Notes under the pieces: generated by a model
Told to the model about the DNA's origin: nothing
Databases searched by the model: none
What the model saw: the letters and a program-made list of their open reading frames with translations, nothing else
From: Chlorokybus atmophyticus
Taxonomy: Eukaryota; Plantae; Mesostigma and Chlorokybus algae
Assembly (NCBI GenBank): GCA_009103225.1
Contig: RHPI01000671.1
Span: 558,220-622,219 of the forward strand
Direction: 5' to 3'
Length of the DNA stretch: 64,000 nucleotides
Translations under genes and position numbers: made by a program
In this document: piece by piece, positions 1 through 11,984 of the stretch
How the letters are laid out: every line of letters begins with the position of its first letter
How positions within the stretch are numbered: the stretch's first letter is position 1

Positions 1-1047
1 CACCGCATCCTCTGCAGACCCTGGGCTCTTCATCCATGCAGACAACAAGGTCTGGCTGCTCGTGTATGTGGATGATATCATCATCACCGCCAGGCAGGTG
101 CACCACCTGCAGGAGACGAAACTTGCTCTACAGCAAGCATTCTCAGTTCGTGATCTTGGAGAGGCCAAGTGGTTCCTTGGCATGTCAATCACCATGCCAA
201 GGAACGACTTCGCATGGTGATTGAGCGCGACAGGGCGGCTCGCACAATCAAGATCAGTCAGGAGCAGATGGTGAGAAGACTCGTCACCAAGTTTGGGCTC
301 ACTGAAGCGAAGAGCAAGACCACACCGTTGGCACTTGTCACTGCCCTCATCAAGGCAAAAGATGAAGAGGTACTCGACAAGGCTCAGTATCCATATGGTG
401 AGCTGGTAGGCAGCATGCTCTAACTGGCAGTGTGCACACGTCCCGATGTTGCACATGCTGTGGGAGTACTTGCTCGCTACATGTCTGCGCCGAGCATTGA
501 GCACTGGAGAGCAGCAAAGGGAGTACTACGCTATGTAACTGGGAGCGCAACAGTTGGCATCAAGTTTGGGAGCGGGAGCACTGAATTGGAGGGCTACTGC
601 GACTCGGACTTTGCTGGTGACCTCAACAGCAGGAGGTCCACTACAGGCTACGTCTTCAAGCTGAACGGAGGCGTGGTGAGCTGGAACAGCAGGCTGCAGC
701 CAACAACAGCAGCATCTACATCAGAGGCTGAGTACATGGCAGCGGCAGCAGCAGTGAAGGAGGCACTCTGGCTTCGCAAGCTCATGGCAGACTTGGAGCA
801 CCCCATGGGATGCATCGTCATCAACTGTGACAACCAAGGAGCCATCAAGTTGTTGAAGCATCCTATTGCCTCGGCAAGGACGAAGCACATTGATGTTATG
901 CATCACTTTGTGCGTGACAGAGTTACAAGGAAGGAGGTGGAGTTCCAGTATTGCAACACTGAGGGCATGCTGGCGGACTTCATGACAAAGCCATTGTCAC
1001 CGCTCAAGTTCAAGACTTGTTGCGCAGGACTTGGCATCTGTGTTTGA
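1..1047 (+). mobile_element. Ty1/copia retrotransposon pol 3' end (RT + RNase H), pseudogenised
   Basis: Frame 2 from base 2 reads ...DPGLFI...WLLVYVDDIII...VRDLGEAKWFLGM (copia RT YVDD motif). It continues YGELVGSML*LAVCTRPDVAHAV, then RNase H motifs GYCDSDFAGD, SEAEY, CDNQGAI, RTKHIDV and LADFMTKPL. Disrupted by a 32-nt insertion (185-216) and a TAA at 421-423 where Tyr is expected. Confidence 0.95.
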
Positions 1048-1060
1048 CTACAGGAGCAAG

Positions 1061-1681
1061 CGTTGGAGGTCAAGCTGNCGATAGTGCCTTGTATGCAGGT
1101 TGTGTGGTGTGTATGATGACCCCTTGTAATTGCACGGCGCCCACGCGTTCACATCCCGCCAGCGACGCCAGCGACGACAGAAATGGCACCTCGCAACGTG
1201 AGCCGCGTCTTGCGCGCGCAGGCAGCTGCTGGAGTACTGTGTGTATATGCAGGCTTTGTTGAGAGTCATTCCTACATACGATCAGCATCGACCCTCCACA
1301 CAGGAGTAGAAAGTCGTAAGGACGAGCACTAGGTCCGGACTTAGCAAGATGGCGTCGTCGGACTAGACTCCGGACTCCAGACAGGAGCCTTACTAACTGC
1401 TTCGTATCTCCGCGTATACTTACTCATATTAGGCGTGTAAGAGCTTGTTGGAAAGCTCTGGTTGTAAGGAAGACAACGCAGCTTGGAGCGCGTCAAAAGG
1501 CTGAGTATAGCTTACGCAGTGCTTGCAAATGTAGACGTGTGTGTAACTAGCAGCTATAAGAACCAGCGGACAACTTGTAATAGATGAATGTGATGTGACC
1601 TGTGTATGCTCTGGTGGCGGTAGCTCTGTCTCTGTGCATCTATGCTTGCCTCAACTACATGTGCATGCTAGTCCTTCAACA
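1061..1681 (+). repeat. Probable copia LTR
   Basis: Starts right after the pol stop and a purine-rich tract (AGGAGCAAG) with cGTTGG and ends TTCAACA, i.e. TG..CA-type inverted termini with the first base mutated. No second LTR is in the window for comparison. Confidence 0.7.
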
Positions 1682-1693
1682 GGTTATGGGCCC
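1682..1693 (+). promoter_or_regulatory. Copia primer-binding site (GGTTATGGGCCC, initiator-Met half-tRNA type)
   Basis: Directly abuts the LTR end CAACA and matches the GGTTATG(A/G)GCCC PBS type of copia/Ty5-like elements. Confidence 0.6.
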
Positions 1694-1785
1694 ACACTAC
1701 GCTTGAGGAGTGTGAGACTAGCTTGAGTGCATAGTAGTTCTACACTACGGTAGCTTGTTGTGTNCTTTTGTGATCGGTGCCTTGT

Positions 1786-3097
1786 GTATGCGATAGGTAA
1801 CAAGGAAGGCACTGCACCACAACCCTCAAGTTCTCCTGCTACTGATTCACAGGTCAGATGCCGCTCCTGCTTGTACTTTGCTAAACATGTGTTCATGATC
1901 GTTCATGACTGTTGTGTTCAGGCACGTGCCAAGCAGGGTGCTGATCTGCGTGACAGCAGCTCAGGGAAGCGCAAAGTGTCTGGTGATGTACGCAGCATTG
2001 GACTTGATAGAGCGGCAATGCACTGAGTTGTGGCTCACCATCTGACTTCATGCTGTTGGCAGGAGGATGAGGTGTCAAGCCCCCCCAAAAAGAAAACAAA
2101 CAAAACTGTTCGCTCGATACCGGCTCCCTACAAGTCTCAGGAGGCAGGCCACTCGACTGGCAAGCAGGAGACGGTGTTGGAGAAGAAGAGCGGCAAGAAA
2201 AAGGAGGTTTGAAAGCACCATGTACTTGATCTTATGGGCTTCTTGCGTTCTTCTGGCTGCACACAAACTGTCACCTGCGGCAGGCGCGCATTCGTTGCGT
2301 GACGGTTGTAAGCTTGTTAACACGTCGTGTCACCTTGTCGCAGGATGAGCCAACGTATTCAGAAATGCCTGAGACAGATAGAAGCGAGAACAGCGGTGAA
2401 GATGGCGCCAAGGACAGCGCCCCGGACAACGAGGGGGACAGCCCCAACAACAGCGACAACGACTCGCAGAAGGCAGGTCGCTTCGCAAGCGCTGTATGAG
2501 AGATCACATCTGTGTATGTGTGTACCTCTTGATGTGTTTGTCACTTGCATGCGCAGGAAGAGCTGAGCGACAAGGACGACACCGCACCGACGATGAAGGT
2601 TGGCAGTGAAGTCCAACTGTTCATAAACGGGCGCAAAGAACCAGTAGGGGAGGCGCACGTAAGCGACATCAATCCTGTCAACAAGTTTCATGGCAAGAAG
2701 ATTGGAGAGGGCAACATGGTGGTCCAGTTCAGCCGCAGTCTTCCCATCACTAGGACCAGACGTCCCGGACCAGGGGAAGAAGAGGTTGTGCCTCTGCCAA
2801 TCAGCTTCAAGCGTGATGGGGTTGGAGTGCAAGTGACCCACTTGAAAGGTGAACGCGTTTGTGTGCATGCGATTGCACGAACAGTTTCAACATTGTGCAA
2901 GTCAGCTGAGTTCATGTGTGGTTGATGTATGCGCAGAGTGCGAGCCGGGTTTGTTGCTACTTTGGCCTGTTGGGTTGCTGAAGAGTATCAAGGTGAGGGA
3001 GCCAGCAAAGGAAGGCACAACCACACAGCGCGGGAGGGGCCGTGGGAAGGGCAGCCGGGGTGGGCGCGGTGGGCGTGGTCGAGGCAGCAAGAAGTAG
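1786..3097 (+). CDS. 3' exons of a CACTA/En-Spm-associated accessory protein (Tnp1/DUF8039-like), 5' end missing
   Basis: GT-AG exons encode acidic and basic low-complexity stretches, then KVGSEVQLFINGRKEPVGEAHVSDINPVNKFHGKKIGEGNMVVQF...PLP...LLLLWPVGLL and a GRG-rich tail ending TAG 3095-3097. This resembles, from memory, the V-G-V-P-hG-lG-V...PLP...WP domain of plant En/Spm accessory proteins. Confidence 0.5.
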
Positions 3098-3261
3098 GTA
3101 GCAGAGATATATTGTAGACATCAGTGAATTTGTTGTTCGAGTCAGCTGCCATTCAGCTGACATTGCTGTCCAAATTCACCGGCTGGACTGATTGCTATGT
3201 GCTATGTCACAGCTATGCTATGTCACAGCTGTGCTATGTCACAGCTGTTGACGATAGCAAG

Positions 3262-3927
3262 ATGCAGTGATTATTCAACCAAACTGTGAGTGAATAACCA
3301 CTTATACGTAGGACTATGTGTGTGAGCAGAAGTGCTGTATTATTCAATTATTATTTGCGTGAAAAATCAACCAAAGGCAGCAGTGTTCAACCATACTATG
3401 GGTGAATAACCACTCATATATAGGACTGTGTGAGAGCAGATATGCTGTATTATTCAATCACAAATCGTATGAATAATCACTCGCCAGTGTGGTACATGTG
3501 CTGTTGAAACAGCTTTAGTATGTGTGAACATTAAGCCAATATGCGTGTGAATAATTACCTATAAGGAGGACATAGTGTGAGAGCAGGCGCTGTAAATATT
3601 CATGCACACAAAGTATGAATAATCACTTGGTGCCATGGTACAAGTTTAGGACCATGTATACCTAAGAAGACTAAATATGCAGTTCTGTCGCGAGTGAATA
3701 ACTACTCACATGTAGGAGGTTGTGTGCGAGATGGACAACTACAATTATTCATGACCAAAACGTGTGAATATCCATTGCTTGTATTCAGGGCATTTGGCCT
3801 GAATAATCAGCAATCGTAACAGCGACCTCTGCAGCCACGCAAGTGGCTGTTCACACATAAAACAGATGAGTATTCAGGGCAAACGCGCTGAATTTTCAGA
3901 AATTCGGGGGGTCCAGAATTACCGGTG
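3262..3927. repeat. Subterminal array of TATTCA..TGAATA inverted motifs, with a candidate transposon end ...CCGGTG
   Basis: At least six TATTCA-N12-15-TGAAT(A) pairs sit inside degenerate ~60-120 bp units. The array ends GGGGGGTCCAGAATTACCGGTG, whose reverse complement starts CAC. Confidence 0.6.
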
Positions 3928-3967
3928 AGTCGTTCTGCTCGACTAAGCTACCAAACACGGACAATTC

Positions 3968-4370
3968 CTATTTCTTGTCTCTCTGCTGCTTGGCATTCTG
4001 TGCATTCTGTTTTGCATAGCACTTAGCCTCCCCATGACCTGTCTTCTTGCAAAAACTGCAAGTGATGATGGATTTGGCCGCGTTGTAGGGGGTAGCAGGA
4101 TGAGATGTTTTCGCCTTTTTCACAAAAGGTTTGTTGTCAGTGGCCGGGCGCTTTGCAGCTGAAACTGGGGCTGCCTCTTTTGCCGTGGTTTGCATGTTTG
4201 CGTGAGAGCGCTTTACACTGTCCACAGCAGCAACCATCTGCATCAGCATTGGTAAATCCGTCGAGGCCCACTCTTGCAAACTCGCGGGGCTGACGGCCAC
4301 ATGCTGCACGAGATCTGTGTCCAAGCCACGCCTGAACATATCCAGCTGATCAGCATCACCATGGCTGAGT
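3968..4370 (-). pseudogene. Retrotransposon gag relic with CCHC zinc knuckle
   Basis: DADQLDMFRRGLDTDL (gag-like) and CSFCKKTGHGEAKC (CX2CX4HX4C). In-frame TGA upstream; no pol follows. Confidence 0.7.
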
Positions 4371-7118
4371 CATGCTCGCACCCAACCTCCCTCACTTTGA
4401 GGGGGCACAGCTAACGTGCACTGCAACATCCCCTTGTATGCACAGCTTGCCCCCTGTGCTCCAAAGTGGTGATACCTAGCACCTGAAACGTATCATGATT
4501 ATAACACACCTCAAAGCTAAACCATGTTCGTTCGCCGTAAGAGGTTTTGGTGTATAACTCGTGCAGGGGGACAACGCGAGAATGCAAGGTTAACGGATGC
4601 ATAATGTGCCATATCGAAGTCATGCGCACCTCGGCTTTAATACAAGTGCACAAGTAGCCGGCATCGCTTGCTGCTGAAACGCGCTATCCTCTTTATGATT
4701 ACATGACGCTCAAAACAGCTAGCGCTCCCGCTCGACACATTCATTAAAAACTTTAGCTTAATGTGTAGCTTAATTATTCAAACTTTCGCTTTCCATGTTA
4801 AGCTTAATTTTGCGACCACAGTGCAAAGCAAACGTGTAATAGTCTATTGTGTGGGTAATTGTGCGTGACCATGATGGCCCTTACTGCAAGAGGTGAGGCA
4901 TGATACTTTTAAGTGGTATAAGTGAAGAGCAACTGTGTGGGGGTTAACCAAATAATCCAGCTATTTCAAGTTATGTAAAAAGTATTACGTGATAATAAAT
5001 GATATGCGCGAGTCTTCCACTAGCATGATGCATAATTTATAAATGCAATCATATTGTACAAACAATGTCAATCGGACATGCACATGCATAGTGGCATGCA
5101 CAAGTAGTAGCATGCAGAGTGAGACATTACATGCTAATCACACTATTGTCAAGTTAACCACTAGCTTCATTCACTACTCAACACTAGTGTACCCCTACCG
5201 CTGTGATTGCAAGTTATATATCCCAATGACAAAGAACTGTGAATAATGATTATCAAATGGTATGTGGGCCTGCTGCGAATGACATGCCACACAACATGAC
5301 ATCCGTGGCGACTATGTCACCATGCATATTGGCTATTATTTGCATAATATCGATTCGCCCCTGGTTTCGTATTACAAAAATTGTTCACGGCAACGAGCTG
5401 TTTTTTGGGCTTTCGGCTGAAATTACATGTAAGCATTGCGCAATTACAATTGCCATCAACTGTACACCTTCTAACCTTTCGGGGTACAATAAGTTTTATC
5501 GAAGATGTGAAGTTAACTCATCGTCTTGTTGTTCAAGAGTTTTCATTGCTTCTTTTTACACTTAAAAACATTTTCACCAACAGATGAGATGCATCTTGGT
5601 TATGCCGCCTTCATACCTTGCAGCCAAGTTGCATCAACTACACCTAACTCACTTTTAAGGCAACATTTAACGAGAAGACGGTATACATAATATATACATA
5701 ATGGCAACGACAACGAAAATCTTTTTCACGAAGCTTTTAACCAGTCTATCATATATCACATTAACATTGTTGACAATAAATTGACGTTCACATGTGCACC
5801 AATAACTTGTAATAAATATTGCTCAAAATGAGCCATCAACCTATGTTGATATATTATTGCATTGTTTATTGCATTGATACTTACTGAGATGCTTGCTACA
5901 CCATGTAACATACGCAAACAATGTTGTATTTTCATCAACCATCAATTTCTTGACAATAATGACAATAATTTCTTGACAATGATGCGTCGATCTTCCATAC
6001 ATCTTATCATGGCAAGCAGCTCGCAACACCCTAATTTATTTGCACTTCATCTCAATGCTCCGAAGGAGATCTGAAAAAATTGTGATGAATAAATATCTGG
6101 TACATGTTTCGAATGCACGGCGAAAATTGCAGCAGAGTTTGGACGACTTGTTTGTACTGAACGATCTCCGTTTGACCGTGCTCACTGATACGGACCGTCC
6201 GTCGTTGTTGATCTGACGTCAGCAGCCACGTCTGCAGCGCTGAGTTTTTGTCCGCCTCTCCGCTTTTATGATCCCCACATAACCAAACAACCAACCAAAA
6301 TTCCTCAACTTGAGGAGCAAATGCTATGGCGCAGGCACAGTCCAGCGTCACCGGCCAAATATCGTAGCGCGCGCCCTCCCAAAACTCCACTTACTGCGTT
6401 CTAAACCACAGTCACATCTGTAGGCCGAAGCTGCCCCAACGTAACTTAACCACACTGCAGGCTTGAAGCAACTGAGAAGCGCGACGCTTCTCAGTTGGTC
6501 AGACGACGGATTTGCGGCAACTGCGGTTCGTTAGCCGCCGTGGCACGGCTGCTGCATGCCTCTGTGCTGACACAAGCAAGCAGCCCGGCAGGCAAGCAGA
6601 GGCAAGTCACTTTCCTTCCACAGCTTGACAGCTGGGCCAAAGTGCCTGCCTGCACACATGCATGCTGCTTCAAGCTTACCTTGAGCGTTTAGCGGTTGAG
6701 CTACACGACAACTTTGCATGAAGCTCATGCATTCCTACCGCTGACGGGTTGACAGGTGAGCGTATGTGTGATATATCATGGCACATAATCACATGTAAGT
6801 TGGGGTCTTCTGTCGGAATGTGCTTATTGCCAGCAAGCAGCAGTAGCTCAGTGGTTAGCACCACACACATATCCCTGTATAATAGGCTTGCAGGAGGTCT
6901 GTACGGTGTAAGCAAAACTTGTTGCCAAAGCCGCATTGCTCGTGTTACGAGCTTAAAGCTTTGCTGCTGCTTAGGCGCTGTGGCCAGCTGATTGTTGGCA
7001 AACAGCAGATTGTCTTTAAGAAAGGCAGTAAGTGTTTTAAACAAGACAGTCGAGAGGTGTGTGCTGTTGACGGCTGCTCAAGGGTGGTCGTGAGCTAGCT
7101 TGTTGTTTCAAGCTACTG

Positions 7119-7120
<2 letters not shown>

Positions 7121-7162
<42 letters not shown>

Positions 7163-7168
7163 TTGCTG
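7121..7168. repeat. (CTG)n trinucleotide repeat
   Basis: About 16 near-perfect CTG units. Confidence 0.9.
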
Positions 7169-7826
7169 AGTTGGTTGGTGATGGTGCCAGCCGCAGCCAT
7201 GTTCCCCCCTCCACCCATGGCTCTGGAGAGCGCCGTGCCGTTGCGGGAGCAGCACAAGCTGGCCCGCCAACACACCGCTCAGGTATCGCCTCACGGACAC
7301 TCCTCGTCGTCTCCAGGCTCGCCGCCCGCCGTCGCCTCCTCCTTGTCGCCCCGCCTCATGCCGAGGCAAGCCATACTTGTCATGGGACGAGCTGTCTCTT
7401 ACATCGTCTCTTTTAGCCGCCTCCTCTTGCAACGCATATACCACAGTGTAGGCTAGTGTGCATGTCAGTCATGCTGCATTGCTTAGGCCAGCTGTCACAA
7501 AGCACACACGTTAACCGTAGGTTGCTGCCTGCAATATACTTCAACCGTTGCAGATCCGTCGCGTCATGCAAAAGCAGCCTTGCTGCCGGCTTGCGTACTT
7601 GGTTTGTCGTTGGTGCCCGCTTGTCGCTGCCGTAACTGTTTGGTGGCACAGACCTGCGAGGGCTGAATACGCCTCTTGAGTTAGGTGGCTGGTAGGATCT
7701 ATGGCTAGCATAGCGCTGTAGGCAAGTTGGGTGCACTTGGTTCTCACAGAGAATGTGAGCTTGGAGAGGCTATGGTAGACCTATATCAGACTATGAGCCT
7801 GATTTTGCTTCGTGTTGCACAGAGGC

Positions 7827-8512
7827 ATGCAGCGCAAGCGGTCCCTGCAGCCGATAAGATGCACGACGCCAACGAACATGACAGCCAGCATGCCATCGCT
7901 GCAGTCACCTCTGTCGATGGCCAAACTGCAGTCCGCCATTGACCAGTGCTCCAATCTTAACGGCCAGGAGGCAGAGCAGTGCTGGACTGACATAGGCTTT
8001 GCTGAAGTTGCCTTGAACGAGGTGAGAACCAAGCCAAGCTCAGTTCATGAGTCAGAATTTCACACCGCAAGGCAGCATACTGAGTGGCACAGTTGTTGAC
8101 ACGCACTTCAATCTTGAGCGGTTATATCAGGTTGGCATGGGCATGCTACGCAAAGCAGTACCTGGTCAGCAAGCTTGCATTGCACCTTAAATGCTGGAAG
8201 CTATTTGCAGGAAGAGCAACGAAAGCTGATCGAATTGTGCGAGGCCCTTGGCAACGACTACTCGGCATTTCAGGCCTGGGAGAGGTTGGCAGAAATTGCA
8301 CCAGCTGGCTCTCCTGCTCACCAACGAGCGCATGTAAGTTGCAATGTTGTTGAGACTCTACTTTCTGTTCAGCGTTGCAACATCTTATTTGGCCCTTCGT
8401 GCAGGAGGCCATTCATGCCATGGCGTCTGAGGCAAAGAAGCAAGCGGATGTTATGCACTGGAAGGAGAACCTGTTCATGTTCTTCCGCGTGCTGGACACC
8501 GCTTTCGAGTAG
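7827..8512 (+). CDS. Hypothetical ~141-aa helical protein, 3 exons (7827-8021, 8211-8333, 8405-8512)
   Basis: Three exons joined by phase-0 GT-AG introns give an open product: MQRKRSLQPIRC...DIGFAEVALNE|EEQRKLIELCEALGNDYSAFQAWERL...RAH|EAIHAMASEAKKQADVMHWKENLFMFFRVLDTAFE*. Family not recognised; start uncertain. Confidence 0.6.
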
Positions 8513-9706
8513 ATTGCCATGGTGTGCAAACCAGCCTGTAGAGATATGAAGCTATGGTAATTGCTTGCGAAGACATCGACACCGAGGTGTTGTGAATGTA
8601 CATAAGAGCGTGTGTAAGTAGCGGAAAGTTGTAGAGAGCCAGAACATTAATTGTACAGCTGAGAACAACGGTGTGTTGCTGTAGTTTAGAAGAATGTTGC
8701 CAAACAAACGTACATATATGCTTTTACAACCTCAGTCCGTCCTTGAAAAATGGTTGCAATTGAAGCATGTGTCATTGCGGGGGGGTTGACTGCGGGCGTA
8801 CAGCCTCGCGCTTACTCTGTACAACACTTATGGTGTATGCCTTACTGTTCACACAGTATGCCAGTAAGTTGCTAGTGTCGCCAATATGGTCAACTGTATT
8901 TTGCAATCTGCTGGAGCTGGAGCATCCAAGCTTGGGTTGTGAACAGAGTTTCTACCTGCTCCTTTGGCACAGCGCTGTTTGTGCTGTGAAGCCACAAACC
9001 GTATAGTCAACTCAACCAAGCCCCATTGCTGTCTATTTACACCAACCACACCTCCCAACCCCACCATCTGCACCGAACTGCCAGCACCGACACTACTTAC
9101 AGCACAGCACCCATGACTGTCGGACAGGACAGTCGCTGCATGTGGGGAGGGGGAGGGCAGAGGGGCGGGGCGGGGCGGAGAGGAGGGGCCCTGCCCGAGA
9201 TCACAAGGTTTACACCGCTAGAGTGAAGGAGAAGTGGGAGCAGAGCAGAGGGGGAGGAAGTCGTTTTGCTTCCTGCTGCTGAGCCTGCCATTGTCGACAC
9301 CGACTAACAACGCCCATGTGGGCAGTTACAACAGCTGACTGTGAGCATGCATGCAGGACTAACGGGATGGTTAGTAAGTAGTTGAGCGATAGGTACAATA
9401 ATAAAATAGTTACCAACCAGGCCGGTGGTTTGTTTTTGACTGCGTGATTGGTGACTGTGCTGCTGTTGGCTAACATGTGAACATGGCATGAGTGACTTTG
9501 CGAGCACGAATTCCGCATTCCTTCCTTTATACACCTTGTTGCATATTATGTACACAGGATGCCGATGCCTGCAACCAGTCAGCAGCAGACTTCACAACAA
9601 CCGCAGTCCCAACGAAGCCAGGGTGACCACCAGAGTTATGCAGCGCAACCCAACCCAAGTAATTACACAAGTAAGGCAACAAACAAAGGAAAGCTGCAAC
9701 CGGCTG

Positions 9707-11984
9707 CTAAGTGTACATGAATTGGCCCTCTCTAACAGCATTCTCCGCTCCTCTCCGCTCCGCTTCCTGCAGCTTCTCACGCTCCTTGCGCGACTCGTAC
9801 TTGTAATCGTCTGTAGGCAGCTCAAAGCGACACACCGGACAGGAGTTGTGTTGCTCCTGGAGTCATAACACACACAAAAAGGTCAGCGTCACATAAACCT
9901 ACATGAACACATTGTTAACAATGTCAAAGACAAAAATAGGTGCATACCAGCCAGGGCGCAAGGCAGTCTGGATGGAACACGTGCTGAGCATTGCACGGCA
10001 TTTGTTGTATTACATCGCCAACACCAACGCACTCGCGACATACAGAACACTCCGTGCCCGCTCCAAGCTCTTTGAGAAACTCGTCCGTCACTGTGTGCTT
10101 TTGCAGCGCCTTGACAGCTTTCTGTTGTACAAGTGCAAAGTGCTGTGAGCATACAACACGCACCAGGCTCATGTCTGCCATGCAAAGGGAGGGTTTAACA
10201 AACCTTTGATGCCGGAGGCGGCCCGCTTGCGCGCTGTCCGGCCTCGTTAAAGGTCAACGCTATGGCTTCTTCAAGCCCGGGAAAGTTTTGATCAAGTTGC
10301 AACCCATTGACAAGTGCATTCTGCAAAACAGCAGCGTCAATAGTGACCTAGCTCTTGAATTGAAAAGCAACGAGGACTCATAATGACTGTCTCTACATAC
10401 AACTGCATTACTTGACCGTATGTGCAGGAGAAGGGGACACAACTGTATGGCCACAGTGCATGTAAGAGTCCCCCAAGGCTGCGCATACGAGCAACCAATG
10501 CAGCTTTTACCTGCAACAACTCCTCGACATTCTCAGCAATCTCCTGCACTACAGATACCACAGCTGGCGTTTCCGTGCTGCTGCCTTCCGGCCCAGCATC
10601 ACCTCCACCTGGTTGATTGTCTGCAGAACGAACAGACCAGACTAACTCCAATCAGTTCCATCCAACTTTGCACAAATTACACTATACAAATGAAACACAT
10701 ACCTTGTCTGTGTTCGCCAGCTTGATCTCTGGTGATGTTGTTGATGTTGTTGTCGTGCGCACTGTGTTCGCTTGTGGCGGCGCGTGCGGAGGTCTCAGCT
10801 GCCTGGCGTGCAGCTTCGGCCATCTCGACAAAGAAGTTAAGCAGCGTGTTGTGCGCGGCCACTATCGGCTCTACCGGCCTGTCATGATGTTGGTGCTCAG
10901 ACAGCTGCCCCTCAAACAAGTACCGCTCTCTCGCTCTTGCTTCAGCTGCAACACACAACCCGTGACATTGATGACGATTGTGAACTGTATGCACGCATGC
11001 ACGCTGGCACAAAAGAGCGCACGCACGCGCGCGCACCCACGTACGCATACACATCATACAAGCATGAGCTAGCCAACGACCAACCCAGCCTCATTCCCCA
11101 CCTGTTGAGGGCTGGGAGGTGGACTCTTCCGGGCCATTCTCATCTGTGTCTCTCAGCGCATCCTGGGCGGCAGCCAGGTAGCTCCGGAGCTTGCCACCAT
11201 CATCGTCCGCCATGCCGGCAGCAGTGGCGACCTCGAACAGCGTGGCCCCCGCGCGCCAGAACGACGCGGAGGTGTAACGCGTCTGCAGCAGCGTGCCTGC
11301 CCTGTACACCGCCTGGCGCAGCTGCACGGGAGATGACCGTTTGTTGGTTTATGTAAAGAAGTGATGTGTTGCAAATCTGGTTGACATAATATGCGAGGGG
11401 CTAAGTACAGCTAATCATATATTCGTATACACAACGTCAAAACCCTGCCGTGCTGACTTGTAGAATTGTGATCAAGATAACTGCAAACGTGCAGCAAACC
11501 ACCAACAAGCAGCTGTGCACACGCTAGCCTGCTGTTGGTGAGACAACCAGCAACAGCAAGCTAAAAGTCTCGTTACCAGCATCCAATACAAATCTGTTGC
11601 GAATTCATAAGCATCTTCTGGTTGCTGGCGTGGCAGAGGGCAGCCTGGGCTCCATGTAGAGTATAGGCAATCACAAAGTTGAGCACTCGCAGCAACCTAA
11701 AGTCGCGCAGAGATCCTGTTATGCTTTCCCTTCAATCAACCACGAGGGAGATAACAGCTAGTTGTGATAGTGTGCATCACCAACTGAGTTATAGACAGAA
11801 AATTTGAGCGCTCAATTGACTCAAGCATGGCCACAGCCTTGCTCACCGCCTGCTTGCCAGCAGCGTCCGCATGTTGGTAGGAGTGCTCGACCAGGCTTCG
11901 AAGCCGCACCGCCGCAGCCTCAAAGCTCCCTCGCTTGCCCAATTCCCGCTGCAGACCCGCGGCCTCCTCCGCCAACCCCGCCAT
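9707..11984 (-). CDS. AIP2: AIP2-like RING-H2 E3 ubiquitin ligase (multi-exon)
   Basis: N-terminus ELGKRGSFEAA... and GTLLQTRYTSASFWRAGATLFE; PPPASK; RING ECSVCRE...MPC...HVFHPDCLAPWL|EHNSCPVCRFELPTDD; C-terminus RRGAENAVREGQFMYT*. All match the plant AIP2 layout as recalled. Confidence 0.9.

Noticed and set aside
3262-3900. Repeated ~60-120 bp units resembling a CRISPR array
   Set aside because: Eukaryotic context, degenerate repeats without constant-length unique spacers, and no cas genes. Better explained as transposon subterminal repeats.
7037-7736. Poly-Q and poly-L ORFs and adjacent short ORFs
   Set aside because: No recognisable domain and no convincing splice model; driven by the CTG repeat.
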